Positions 56,276 through 64,000 of a DNA stretch of 64,000 nt are shown here, piece after piece (the first letter of the stretch is position 1; each line of letters begins with the position of its first letter). Location of the stretch: positions 1,140-65,139 of the forward strand of contig PWDW01000225.1 in assembly GCA_003553225.1 (NCBI GenBank), written 5' to 3'. Below the pieces are notes generated by a model. The model saw only the letters and a list, made by a program, of their open reading frames with translations, was not told the DNA's origin and did not search any database. Position numbers and translations under genes: made by a program. Origin of the DNA: Halanaerobiaceae bacterium. Lineage in GTDB: Bacteria; Bacillota; Halanaerobiia; Halanaerobiales; Halarsenatibacteraceae.

Positions 56276-56304
56276 TTGATATATAAATTTTTATATGGTA
56301 TACT
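56276..56304 (+). promoter_or_regulatory. sigma-A promoter for rpsB-tsf
   Basis: TTGATA (56276-56281), 17-nt spacer ending in TGG, TATACT (56299-56304). Leaves a 5' UTR of about 150 nt. Confidence 0.6.
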
Positions 56305-56459
56305 GTCAAGTGGTTAAAAAAACTGCACGTCTGTGGACTCTACCACCGGTGCTGTATTATTACAGAGGTGATATTAAAGTTTTTCCCGGCTTTAATATGG
56401 CTTGATGTAGGGGGAGAAGCAGGCGGAGGTATAACCAGGGAAGGAGGTGCGAGTATATA

Positions 56460-57299
56460 ATGTCAGTAGTAAACATGAAACAGCTTCTGGAAGCAGGTGT
56501 CCATTTTGGTCACCAGACCAGAAGATGGAATCCTAAAATGGAAGATTATATTTTCACAGAAAGAAATGGGATCTATATAATTGACCTGCAGCAGACGGTT
56601 GATTTAATGGATAGAGCCTATAATTATGTTAAAGAACAGGCTGCAGAAGGTAAGACCATACTTTTTGTGGGCACAAAAAGGCAGGCCCAGGAAACAATTG
56701 AGGTGGAAGCCGAAAGATGTGGTATGCCTTATGTGAATGAACGCTGGCTTGGTGGGATGCTCACCAATTATCAGACCATAAGCAAACGCATTGACCGACT
56801 GAAAGAAATAGAGCAGATGGAGGAAGATGGTTTATTTGAGGTATTACCCACCAAAGAGGTTTCTGAACTTAAGAGAGAGCATGAAAAACTGCAGAAGTTC
56901 CTTGGTGGAATCAGGGATATGGATGGTATTCCGGATGTGATTTATATTACTGATGCCCGCAAGGAGTCAATTGCGGTCAAAGAAGCAATTAAACTGCACA
57001 TACCAATTGTTTCTATTCTGGACACAAACTGTGATCCGGATCTAATTGACTACGAAATACCGGGCAATGATGATGCTATAAGAGCTGTTAAATTAATCAG
57101 CAAACTTATTGCTGATGCAGTTCTGGAAGGTAAGCAGGGTGCACGGCTGGAAGAAGAAATCGAAGAAGAAAAAGAGGCCGCTCAAACAGGAGAACAGGAG
57201 GCCGATGAAACATCTTCAGCCCCGGAACAAGAAAGTGTATCCCGGTCGGAAGAAGAATCATCAGAACCAGCAGATGATAAAATTATAATTGAAGAATAG
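56460..57299 (+). CDS. rpsB: 30S ribosomal protein S2
   Basis: [23 protein letters not shown]-terminus, with an acidic C-terminal tail. Confidence 0.96.
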   Translation: MSVVNMKQLLEAGVHFGHQTRRWNPKMEDYIFTERNGIYIIDLQQTVDLMDRAYNYVKEQAAEGKTILFVGTKRQAQETIEVEAERCGMPYVNERWLGGMLTNYQTISKRIDRLKEIEQMEEDGLFEVLPTKEVSELKREHEKLQKFLGGIRDMDGIPDVIYITDARKESIAVKEAIKLHIPIVSILDTNCDPDLIDYEIPGNDDAIRAVKLISKLIADAVLEGKQGARLEEEIEEEKEAAQTGEQEADETSSAPEQESVSRSEEESSEPADDKIIIEE

Positions 57300-57312
57300 C
57301 AAATAAGAGCAG

Positions 57313-57338
57313 TATCCCCATCCTCCGGGATGGGGATA
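57313..57338 (+). terminator. stable hairpin between rpsB and tsf (attenuator or processing/stability element)
   Basis: 11-bp stem TATCCCCATCC / GGATGGGGATA with loop TCCG. There is only a short T tract after it, so it is probably a partial terminator. Confidence 0.5.
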
Positions 57339-57379
57339 TTGATTAACCTGTAAAAAAGACTATTTTGGAGGGATTAATA

Positions 57380-58276
57380 ATGTCAAGCAGTATGGACCAG
57401 ATAAAGGAGCTGCGCTCCCGAACCAGTGCCGGGATAATGGACTGTAAGGAAGCGCTGGCCGAAAAAGATGGTGACATTGAAGCCGCTGTTGAGTATCTCC
57501 GGGAGAAGGGTATGTCAGAAGCAGATGACAAAGCCGGCCGGGTTGCGGCTGAGGGAAGAGTAAATGTGCTTATCGATGATGATAACCAGGAAGGAATAGT
57601 TGTGGAAGTAAACTGTGAGACTGATTTTGTGGCCAAAAATGAACTTTTTGGAAAACTTGTTGACAAAATATCAGAACACATTCTGCAGAGTGATACCGAG
57701 AAGCTTGATGATCTGCTGGCAGAAGAATGGTATCAAGATAAGGACAAAGAAGTAGATACCATTATTCGGGAAACCATTGCGGAAATAGGAGAAAATATTA
57801 ACCTGCGCCGGTTTAAAAGGTTGAAAACTGAGGGCTGTCTGCAGGGCTATATTCATCTGAACGGTAAAATTGGGGTTCTGGTTGACCTCTCAGGTGAAGG
57901 AGCTGAAGTTGATTCCCGGATAGCCAAAGATATTTCCATGCATATTGCGGCCAGTGCCCCGGCTTATATTTCCCGGGAAGAAATCGATGATACAGCAATT
58001 GAAAAAGAAAAGAAAATTTATAGAGAACAGATGCTCAACGAGGGTAAACCCGAACACATAATTGATGATATTGTTCAGGGCAAAATGGAAAAATATTATA
58101 CTCAGGTCTGTCTTATGGAACAGCCCTTTGTAAGGGATGAAGACATAAGTGTAAATGAACTGCTAGAAGAAGAAGCTCTAACCGTAAACGATTTTGTCCG
58201 TTTTGAACTGGGTGAAGGCATTGAAGTAGAAGAAGAAAATTTTGCCCAGGAAGTAAAGGAAGAAATGAATAAATAA
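57380..58276 (+). CDS. tsf: translation elongation factor Ts
   Basis: IKELRSRTSAGIMDCKEAL UBA-like N-terminus. ATG 57380 follows GGAGGG. Confidence 0.95.
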   Translation: MSSSMDQIKELRSRTSAGIMDCKEALAEKDGDIEAAVEYLREKGMSEADDKAGRVAAEGRVNVLIDDDNQEGIVVEVNCETDFVAKNELFGKLVDKISEHILQSDTEKLDDLLAEEWYQDKDKEVDTIIRETIAEIGENINLRRFKRLKTEGCLQGYIHLNGKIGVLVDLSGEGAEVDSRIAKDISMHIAASAPAYISREEIDDTAIEKEKKIYREQMLNEGKPEHIIDDIVQGKMEKYYTQVCLMEQPFVRDEDISVNELLEEEALTVNDFVRFELGEGIEVEEENFAQEVKEEMNK

Positions 58277-58290
58277 ATATTATAATTAAA

Positions 58291-58323
58291 AGAGGACACT
58301 GTTTTTAGTGTTCTCTTTTTTTG
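58291..58323 (+). terminator. intrinsic terminator after tsf
   Basis: Stem AGAGGACACT / AGTGTTCTCT with loop GTTTTT, followed by T7. Confidence 0.8.
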
Positions 58324-58381
58324 CCAAAATTTAAAGGAATTTTCATTCTTTTAGAGAATATAAAATATGGAGGTAGCATAG

Positions 58382-59101
58382 ATGGGTGATAAACCTGTAT
58401 ATTCTCGTATTATATTAAAGGTTAGTGGAGGTGCCCTGGCCCGGGAAAATGGTTTTGGGATTGATGCTGAAGTAATTAACAAGGTAGCCCGGGAAATTTA
58501 TAATGTGGTTATGGAGACGGGTATTGAAATGGCCGTAGTGGTTGGTGGGGGAAACATTTTCCGGGGTATTGCCGGCAGTACGAAAGGAATGGATCGGGCT
58601 ACAGCTGATTATATGGGCATGCTGGCCACAGTAATAAATGCCCTGGCCCTGCAGGATGAAGTTGAAAAATTGGGACTGGAGACCAGAGTTCAGTCCGCAA
58701 TTGAGATGAAAGAGGTTGCCGAACCATATATCAGACGAAGGGCTATAAGGCACCTGGAAAAAGATAGGGTGGTAATTTTTGCGGCCGGTACCGGAAACCC
58801 CTTCTTTACCACAGATACCACAGCTGCTCTTAGAGCTGCGGAGATTTCAGCTGACGCTATTTTAATGGCTAAAAATGTGGATGGGGTTTATGATTCTGAT
58901 CCTGTTCTTAACCCTGATGCCGTAAAATATAAAGAACTGGCCTATATTGATGTGCTTAATAGATCTCTGGGAGTGATGGATTCTACTGCTGTTTCTTTAT
59001 GTATGGATAATGATATTCCCCTGATTGTTTTTGGGATTAAAACAGAGGGCAATATAAAAAGAGTAATTATGGGGGAGGATATCGGCACTTTTGTTCGTTG
59101 A
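58382..59101 (+). CDS. pyrH: uridylate kinase
   Basis: [19 protein letters not shown] and [19 protein letters not shown] motifs. Confidence 0.95.
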   Translation: MGDKPVYSRIILKVSGGALARENGFGIDAEVINKVAREIYNVVMETGIEMAVVVGGGNIFRGIAGSTKGMDRATADYMGMLATVINALALQDEVEKLGLETRVQSAIEMKEVAEPYIRRRAIRHLEKDRVVIFAAGTGNPFFTTDTTAALRAAEISADAILMAKNVDGVYDSDPVLNPDAVKYKELAYIDVLNRSLGVMDSTAVSLCMDNDIPLIVFGIKTEGNIKRVIMGEDIGTFVR

Positions 59102-59136
59102 TGCGGGATTATAATAAATTTTAGGAGGGATTTTTC

Positions 59137-59694
59137 ATGATTGCCAAGGTGGAAAAAAAGGCTGAGAAAAAGATGAAAGAAGTGGTCTCGGGAGTTGCTC
59201 AGGAATTAAAAACAATACGGACCGGCCGGGCCCGTCCTTCTCTGGTAGAAAACATAAAAGCCGACAATTATGGTACTATGACTCCTCTAAATCAGATGGC
59301 CAATATAACGGCTCCTGAACCTGACCTGCTGGTAATTGAACCCTGGGATAAGAATGTTATAGAAAATATTGAACGAGCTATTTTAACCTCCGATTTAGGT
59401 TTAACACCCAATTCTGATGGAGAAGTTATTCGGATTAATATACCCAGTCTTACAGAAGAAAGAAGAAAAGAAATGGTGGATCTGGTGCATGAAAAAGCTG
59501 AGGAAGCCCGTATTTCAATCAGGAATATCCGCCGGGAGGCCAATGAAGAACTGGAAGAGCTGGAGGACAAAAGTAAAATCTCTGAAGACAATTTACACCG
59601 GGGACTGGATAATATTCAGGAATTAACTGATGATTATATAGAAAAGATAAATGAACATGTAGAAAAAAAGGAAGAGGAGATTATGACAGTCTGA
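59137..59694 (+). CDS. frr: ribosome recycling factor
   Basis: 185 aa. LKTIRTGRARPSLVENI and LGLTPNSDGEVIRINIP motifs. Confidence 0.95.
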   Translation: MIAKVEKKAEKKMKEVVSGVAQELKTIRTGRARPSLVENIKADNYGTMTPLNQMANITAPEPDLLVIEPWDKNVIENIERAILTSDLGLTPNSDGEVIRINIPSLTEERRKEMVDLVHEKAEEARISIRNIRREANEELEELEDKSKISEDNLHRGLDNIQELTDDYIEKINEHVEKKEEEIMTV

Positions 59695-59891
59695 TGAGCG
59701 ATTTTGATATTTTTTTAACTCAGGATCTGCAGGAAGTGAAAACAATTCTAAAAAAACAAGCCTTAAAAATAGAAGATATAGAAACAAAACCCCCCGGTAA
59801 AAAAGAGGGCCAGGGTAAAAAGCGGGTGATTGCCGTTAAACAGGACCAGAAGAGGATAAAGCTGATCTGGTGTTATGAAGATTACTCGTAA
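59694..59891 (+). CDS. hypothetical 65-aa protein translationally coupled to frr
   Basis: The ATG shares one base with the frr stop (TGATG). Lys-rich linker PPGKKEGQGKK, then a beta-strand-like segment RVIAVKQDQKRIKLIWCYE. No recognisable family. Confidence 0.4.
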   Translation: MSDFDIFLTQDLQEVKTILKKQALKIEDIETKPPGKKEGQGKKRVIAVKQDQKRIKLIWCYEDYS

Positions 59892-59946
59892 ATCATTTTA
59901 CCCCTCCTGTTTTTACGGGGGTTTTTTGCTAGGAGGTGCTTTAATT

Positions 59947-60654
59947 TTGGATATTCCAGAACATGTAGGTATAATAATGGATGGTAATGGGCGCTGGGCG
60001 CAAAAGCAGGATCTGCCTCGCCGGGCTGGTCATAAAAAGGGTGTAGAAGTGTTGAAAAAAATTGTAAAGGAGAGCTCTCGTTTGAAGATTCCCTGCCTTA
60101 CGGTTTATGCTTTTTCAACGGAAAACTGGAATCGCCCTTCCCGGGAAGTCAAATTTCTTATGAAATTATTTCATCGGACCCTGCAGAGAGAAGTCAATGA
60201 GCTGGATGACAACAATGTTAAAGTTAAGATTATTGGCCGTCGGGCTAATCTGCCGGATTATCTTCTGGATGAAATAAAGCAGGCCGAAGGACAGACCGCT
60301 GATAACACCGGCCTTAACTTAAACATAGCCTTTAATTATGGTGGGCGGGCCGAGATTGTTGATGCCGTGAACGAGATTATAAAGGATACCCAGGATCACA
60401 TTTCGGATATCAGCCCGGAACTTATTGGTGACCATCTATATAATCCGGATTTTCAGGAAGTTGAATTTTTAATACGTACCGGAGGAGAGATGAGGGTTAG
60501 CAATTTCATGCTGTGGGAGATAGCCTATGCTGAGCTGTATATTACCGATAAATACTGGCCGGCTTTTCAAAGAGAAGATTTTCGAAAGGCCCTACAGAAT
60601 TTCAGCAGCCGGGAGCGCAGATTTGGTTCACTTGATGAAAGTGGTGATCAATAA
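59947..60654 (+). CDS. uppS: isoprenyl transferase (undecaprenyl diphosphate synthase)
   Basis: HVGIIMDGNGRWA, FSTENWNRP and RTGGEMRVSNFMLWE motifs. TTG 59947 is 8 nt after AGGAGGTG. The listed upstream extension (from 59875) is hydrophobic read-through. Confidence 0.9.
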   Translation: MDIPEHVGIIMDGNGRWAQKQDLPRRAGHKKGVEVLKKIVKESSRLKIPCLTVYAFSTENWNRPSREVKFLMKLFHRTLQREVNELDDNNVKVKIIGRRANLPDYLLDEIKQAEGQTADNTGLNLNIAFNYGGRAEIVDAVNEIIKDTQDHISDISPELIGDHLYNPDFQEVEFLIRTGGEMRVSNFMLWEIAYAELYITDKYWPAFQREDFRKALQNFSSRERRFGSLDESGDQ

Positions 60655-61452
60655 ATGCTTGTACGGCGTATATTAAGCGGAGTTCTGGGTATTGGATTTT
60701 TTTATATCATGGTCAGCTGGGGGTCTCTGCCCTTTTTTTTATTTACGGCTCTCTTAACTCTGCTGGGTTTAAATGAATATTATGAAATGCTTGGTGAACA
60801 GTATTTTAGCAGTAAACCATTATTTTTGTTTCTGGGATTGTTTTTTTTAGCTTTTTGCTATTTTGAAATAATCAATAAATATGCCGGTATAGCAGTCTTT
60901 ATATTGTTTGTAACTATATTTATCAGTCATATTTATAAAAATAGTTTTAAAAATATAGTTTTTACAGCAGGGATTAATCTGCTGGGTATTATATATATTT
61001 CCGGCGGTTTTATGTTTATGAGTTTTCTTCGTGATTTTAGCACTGATCCTTTTCAGGCCACTCAGGCTTTATGGCTGGTTCTTTTGGGCACCTGGGCGGT
61101 TGATACGGGGGCTTATTTTAGCGGTCTTTTTTGGGGCGAAAAAAAATTATCACCCAATATTAGTCCCAATAAGACGATTGAAGGAGCCATTGGGGGTCTG
61201 ATAATGTGTTTGTTGGTTGTAATCCTTTACAGCATAATTTTTAATTTATTTTCAATATATATTATAATTTTAGCCTTATTTTTGGGGCCGGCTGCTGTAC
61301 TGGGTGATCTTTTTGAATCGGCCCTTAAACGGGATCTGCAGGTAAAAGACTCGGGAGATATAATTCCCGGTCATGGAGGTATCCTGGATCGTTTTGACAG
61401 CCTCCTTTTCAGCATGCCACTTAGCTATTATTTTTTATTTATTATTTTATAA
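60655..61452 (+). CDS. cdsA: phosphatidate cytidylyltransferase
   Basis: Polytopic membrane protein with C-terminal signature SALKRDLQVKDSGDIIPGHGGILDRFDS. ATG immediately follows the uppS stop. Confidence 0.92.
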   Translation: MLVRRILSGVLGIGFFYIMVSWGSLPFFLFTALLTLLGLNEYYEMLGEQYFSSKPLFLFLGLFFLAFCYFEIINKYAGIAVFILFVTIFISHIYKNSFKNIVFTAGINLLGIIYISGGFMFMSFLRDFSTDPFQATQALWLVLLGTWAVDTGAYFSGLFWGEKKLSPNISPNKTIEGAIGGLIMCLLVVILYSIIFNLFSIYIIILALFLGPAAVLGDLFESALKRDLQVKDSGDIIPGHGGILDRFDSLLFSMPLSYYFLFIIL

Positions 61453-61634
61453 AATAGCAGAATATATTATATTCTTTTTTGAGATAAATTCTGGATCTCA
61501 TTCATACAGCAAGTTGAAATTATAGAAATTGATACTGGTGAAAATGAATTGAGCCCTTAATTTCTATCTAAAAATCTAAATGAATAAGGGTTAAAATATT
61601 TAAAAGTTTTGACAAATAAATAGCAGCTCCAAAC

Positions 61635-61668
61635 AGAAAGATTGCTGTCCGATCTTTCTTGATTTTTT
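61635..61668 (+). terminator. terminator-like hairpin in the cdsA-dxr spacer
   Basis: 8-bp stem AGAAAGAT (61635-61642) / ATCTTTCT (61652-61659), 9-nt loop, then TGATTTTTT. The stem is AT-rich, so strength is moderate. Confidence 0.45.
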
Positions 61669-61688
61669 AGGTTCCTGTGTAGTATAAT
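61659..61688 (+). promoter_or_regulatory. candidate sigma-A promoter for dxr-rseP
   Basis: TTGATT (61659-61664), 18-nt spacer, TATAAT (61683-61688). Confidence 0.5.
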
Positions 61689-61830
61689 TTAATATCAGTA
61701 AACCGTAAATGTTTCTGATATTATTGAAAAATAACATTGTTTTTGTGATGTTTTTTTATTAAAGAATTATATTGCGGCTGGTAGGGCTGAGCAATTTTTT
61801 TTATACCGGAAGATCTGGAGAGTGATCACT

Positions 61831-62988
61831 TTGAAAAAGATAGTAATACTGGGGTCTACCGGTTCGATCGGTACCCAGGCCCTGGAAGTTATTGAAACTC
61901 TGGATAATTATGAAATTCTGGCTCTGGCTGCTCACAGCAGTGTGGAGCTTATGGAACAGCAGATATTGAAATTTGATCCTCACTGTGCTGTAATGGCCGA
62001 TAAAGATGCTGCCCAAAAACTGAAAGAGAAACTGAGGGTACAGCAAAGTTCAGTGGAAGTTATCGGTGGTCTTTCTGCACTGGAGAATCTGGCTTCAGAT
62101 AAAAATGCGGATCTGGTTCTCAATGCTCTGGTAGGTGCAGTGGGGCTTAAACCTTCGCTGGCCTGCATAGAGGCGGGTAATCAGCTTGCTCTGGCCAATA
62201 AGGAAAGCATGGTTATTGGAGGAGAACTGATTAACAAAAAACTTGCCGAGAACAATCAGCAGATACTGCCGGTAGATAGTGAGCATAATGCTGTTTTCCA
62301 ATTACTGGAAGGGAATGAAAATAAAAAAGTAGAGCGGATTTATTTAACCGCTTCTGGAGGTCCTTTCTTAAGTTACAGCCGTCAGGAGCTGCAGAATGTA
62401 TCTGTTGGTGAAGCTCTGAATCATCCCAACTGGGATATGGGACCCAAAATAACTATTGATTCCGCAACAATGATGAACAAGGGTCTGGAAGTAATTGAGG
62501 CCCACTACCTTTTTGGAAACCCATTTACCGAAATTAAGATCATAATTCATCCGGAAAGTATAATACATTCTATGGTGGAATTTGTTGATGGTTCAATTCA
62601 TGCAGAAATGGGCCCCTCAGATATGAAACTCCCCATTCAGTATGTACTGACTTACCCGGAGACTGAAGTCTGCCGTGGTTCCCGGCTGGATCTTTTAGCG
62701 GGTGAAAACTTTAATTTGAATTTACAAAAACCAGACAGAGAGAGATTTCCGGCTATTGATCTTGCCTATCAGGCGGGAAAACAAGGAGGTACCATGCCTG
62801 CTGTTTTAAATGCAGCCAACGAAGTGGTGGTTAATGCTTTTCTGGAGGGTAGAATTGCTTTTGATGAAATTACTGATATAATCAGTCGGGTTATGGACCG
62901 GCATGATGGTGATAAAAATAGTGTTTCTCTGGATAATATTATTGCGGCTGACCAGTGGGCTCGCTCTGCAGCAGAGGAGGTATTTTGA
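61831..62988 (+). CDS. dxr: 1-deoxy-D-xylulose 5-phosphate reductoisomerase
   Basis: ILGSTGSIGTQ NADPH motif, LANKESMV, DSEHNA and NHPNWDMG motifs. TTG 61831 gives an MKKIVILGSTGSIG N-terminus (GTG 61822 is the alternative). Confidence 0.93.
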   Translation: MKKIVILGSTGSIGTQALEVIETLDNYEILALAAHSSVELMEQQILKFDPHCAVMADKDAAQKLKEKLRVQQSSVEVIGGLSALENLASDKNADLVLNALVGAVGLKPSLACIEAGNQLALANKESMVIGGELINKKLAENNQQILPVDSEHNAVFQLLEGNENKKVERIYLTASGGPFLSYSRQELQNVSVGEALNHPNWDMGPKITIDSATMMNKGLEVIEAHYLFGNPFTEIKIIIHPESIIHSMVEFVDGSIHAEMGPSDMKLPIQYVLTYPETEVCRGSRLDLLAGENFNLNLQKPDRERFPAIDLAYQAGKQGGTMPAVLNAANEVVVNAFLEGRIAFDEITDIISRVMDRHDGDKNSVSLDNIIAADQWARSAAEEVF

Positions 62989-62989
62989 T

Positions 62990-64000
62990 ATGATTTTAAC
63001 TGTGTTAAGTTTCATTATTGTACTTGGGATCTTGATATTTGTGCATGAGTTTGGTCATTATATAGTTGCTAAAAAAGTTGATATCAGGGTAGAAGAATTT
63101 GCCCTGGGGTTTGGTCCCCGGCTTTTCTCCAGAAAAAAGGGGGAAACTGTATATTCTCTCAGGGCGGTTCCCCTGGGTGGATTCTGTAATATGACCGGTG
63201 AATTTGTACCTGATGAGGAAATGGATGATGAGGAACGTCAAATATATGAAGAGGCTAAAGAACGCGGCCGGTGCTTTCATCAGCAGCCCCTCTATCAGCG
63301 ATTTCTTGTTGTTTTTATGGGCCCAATGATGAATTTTTTGCTGGCTTTTATGCTGTTTATTATTATTTTTGTTGGTTTTGGACTTCCGGTAGGTGATCTG
63401 GATTCCACGGTTATAGGGGGAGTATCCCCCGGACAGCCGGCTGCAGAAGCTGGTCTTACTGCTGGAGATGAAATCAGATCAATTGCGGGAAGGTCTGTTT
63501 CCAGCTGGGAAGATATACAGCAGCAGATCCGAAGTTTTGCTCCGGGACAGGAGATTGAAATTGAACTTTTACGTGAGGGGGAAGAAATCTCGGTGGTTCT
63601 GGCCCCTGAAGAACAGCAGGGATATCCGATGATTGGTATCACCCCGGAGACATATCGGGAATCGATAGGAGTTATTTCGGCGGTGATCAGAGGAGCAGAA
63701 GAAAGCTGGCTTATAACCTCCATGATCGCCCGGGGATTTGGTCAGATGCTAACCGGAGGCCTTACAGCAGATGATATAGGTGGTCCGGTTATGATTGCTT
63801 CTATGGCCGGTGATGCAGCCCGTCAGGGGCTGGATATTGTTATGAGATTTACCGCGGTGATCAGCATTAATCTGGGTATTATTAATCTACTGCCCATTCC
63901 CGCTCTGGATGGAGGGCGTATATTGTTTATGATCATAGAAGGAATCAGACGCAAACCGATTGATCCCCGGAAAGAAGGTTTGGTCCATCTGATTGGATTT
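62990..64000 (+). CDS. rseP: RIP metalloprotease RseP/RasP (partial, runs off the window end)
   Basis: Not in the ORF track because it has no stop in the window. My translation from ATG 62990 gives MILTVLSFIIVLGILIFVHEFGHY (HExxH), a PDZ segment (GGVSPGQPAAEAGLTAGDEI) and NLLPIPALDGG. GAGGAGG RBS. Confidence 0.88.
   Translation, partial: MILTVLSFIIVLGILIFVHEFGHYIVAKKVDIRVEEFALGFGPRLFSRKKGETVYSLRAVPLGGFCNMTGEFVPDEEMDDEERQIYEEAKERGRCFHQQPLYQRFLVVFMGPMMNFLLAFMLFIIIFVGFGLPVGDLDSTVIGGVSPGQPAAEAGLTAGDEIRSIAGRSVSSWEDIQQQIRSFAPGQEIEIELLREGEEISVVLAPEEQQGYPMIGITPETYRESIGVISAVIRGAEESWLITSMIARGFGQMLTGGLTADDIGGPVMIASMAGDAARQGLDIVMRFTAVISINLGIINLLPIPALDGGRILFMIIEGIRRKPIDPRKEGLVHLIGF

Noticed and set aside
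1-64000. Search for tRNA, rRNA, CRISPR, transposase, integrase, toxin-antitoxin or known defence genes
   Set aside because: - No tRNA T-arm or acceptor-like signatures appear in the intergenic regions I read.
- No spaced repeat arrays are present.
- No ORF has recombinase, transposase or defence-type motifs.
- The window looks like a conserved core chromosome.

Overview
This window is a 64-kb stretch of core chromosome from a low-GC, Firmicutes/Clostridia-type bacterium. The very acidic proteins and the gene content hint at a Halanaerobiales-like halophile, but that is inference only. I call about 61 protein genes, and all but ileS lie on the + strand.

Gene content in order:
- Ornithine carbamoyltransferase, a Zn-dependent dehydrogenase and a four-subunit 2-oxoacid:ferredoxin oxidoreductase.
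- ileS on the minus strand, preceded by a clear T-box leader.
- An M20 peptidase, nudF and an endonuclease-Q-like gene.
- A ROK regulator with galE, galT and galK, then an MBL-fold hydrolase and galM.
- deoB, punA, pdp and a DacF-like carboxypeptidase.
- A DHH-CBS-nucleotidyltransferase fusion and an M50 protease.
- scpA, scpB, rluB and smc, an unknown gene, then ftsY, ylxM, ffh, rpsP, khpA, rimM, trmD, a SPOUT-like gene, rplS and rnhB.
- A preQ1-I-like riboswitch with queT, then yraN, comM, lipM, lipA, a homocysteine methyltransferase, dprA and topA.
- hslV, hslU, codY, cheY and cheA.
- rpsB, tsf, pyrH, frr, uppS, cdsA, dxr and a partial rseP.

I see no rRNA or tRNA genes, CRISPR arrays, intact mobile elements or recognisable defence islands. 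No multi-gene novel system is evident.

The best candidates for undescribed biology are:
- An internally duplicated pseudo-MPN plus JAMM-like protein wedged between smc and ftsY.
- A galT gene broken at an A6G5 homopolymer.
- Three in-frame 39-bp tandem repeats bridging the pdp stop codon and the dacF start.
- A long, repeat-rich leader upstream of hslVU-codY.
- A diverged repeat shared by two otherwise empty intergenic tracts.
- A small ORF translationally coupled to frr.

All functional calls come from motif recognition by eye and remembered synteny. No database search was run.
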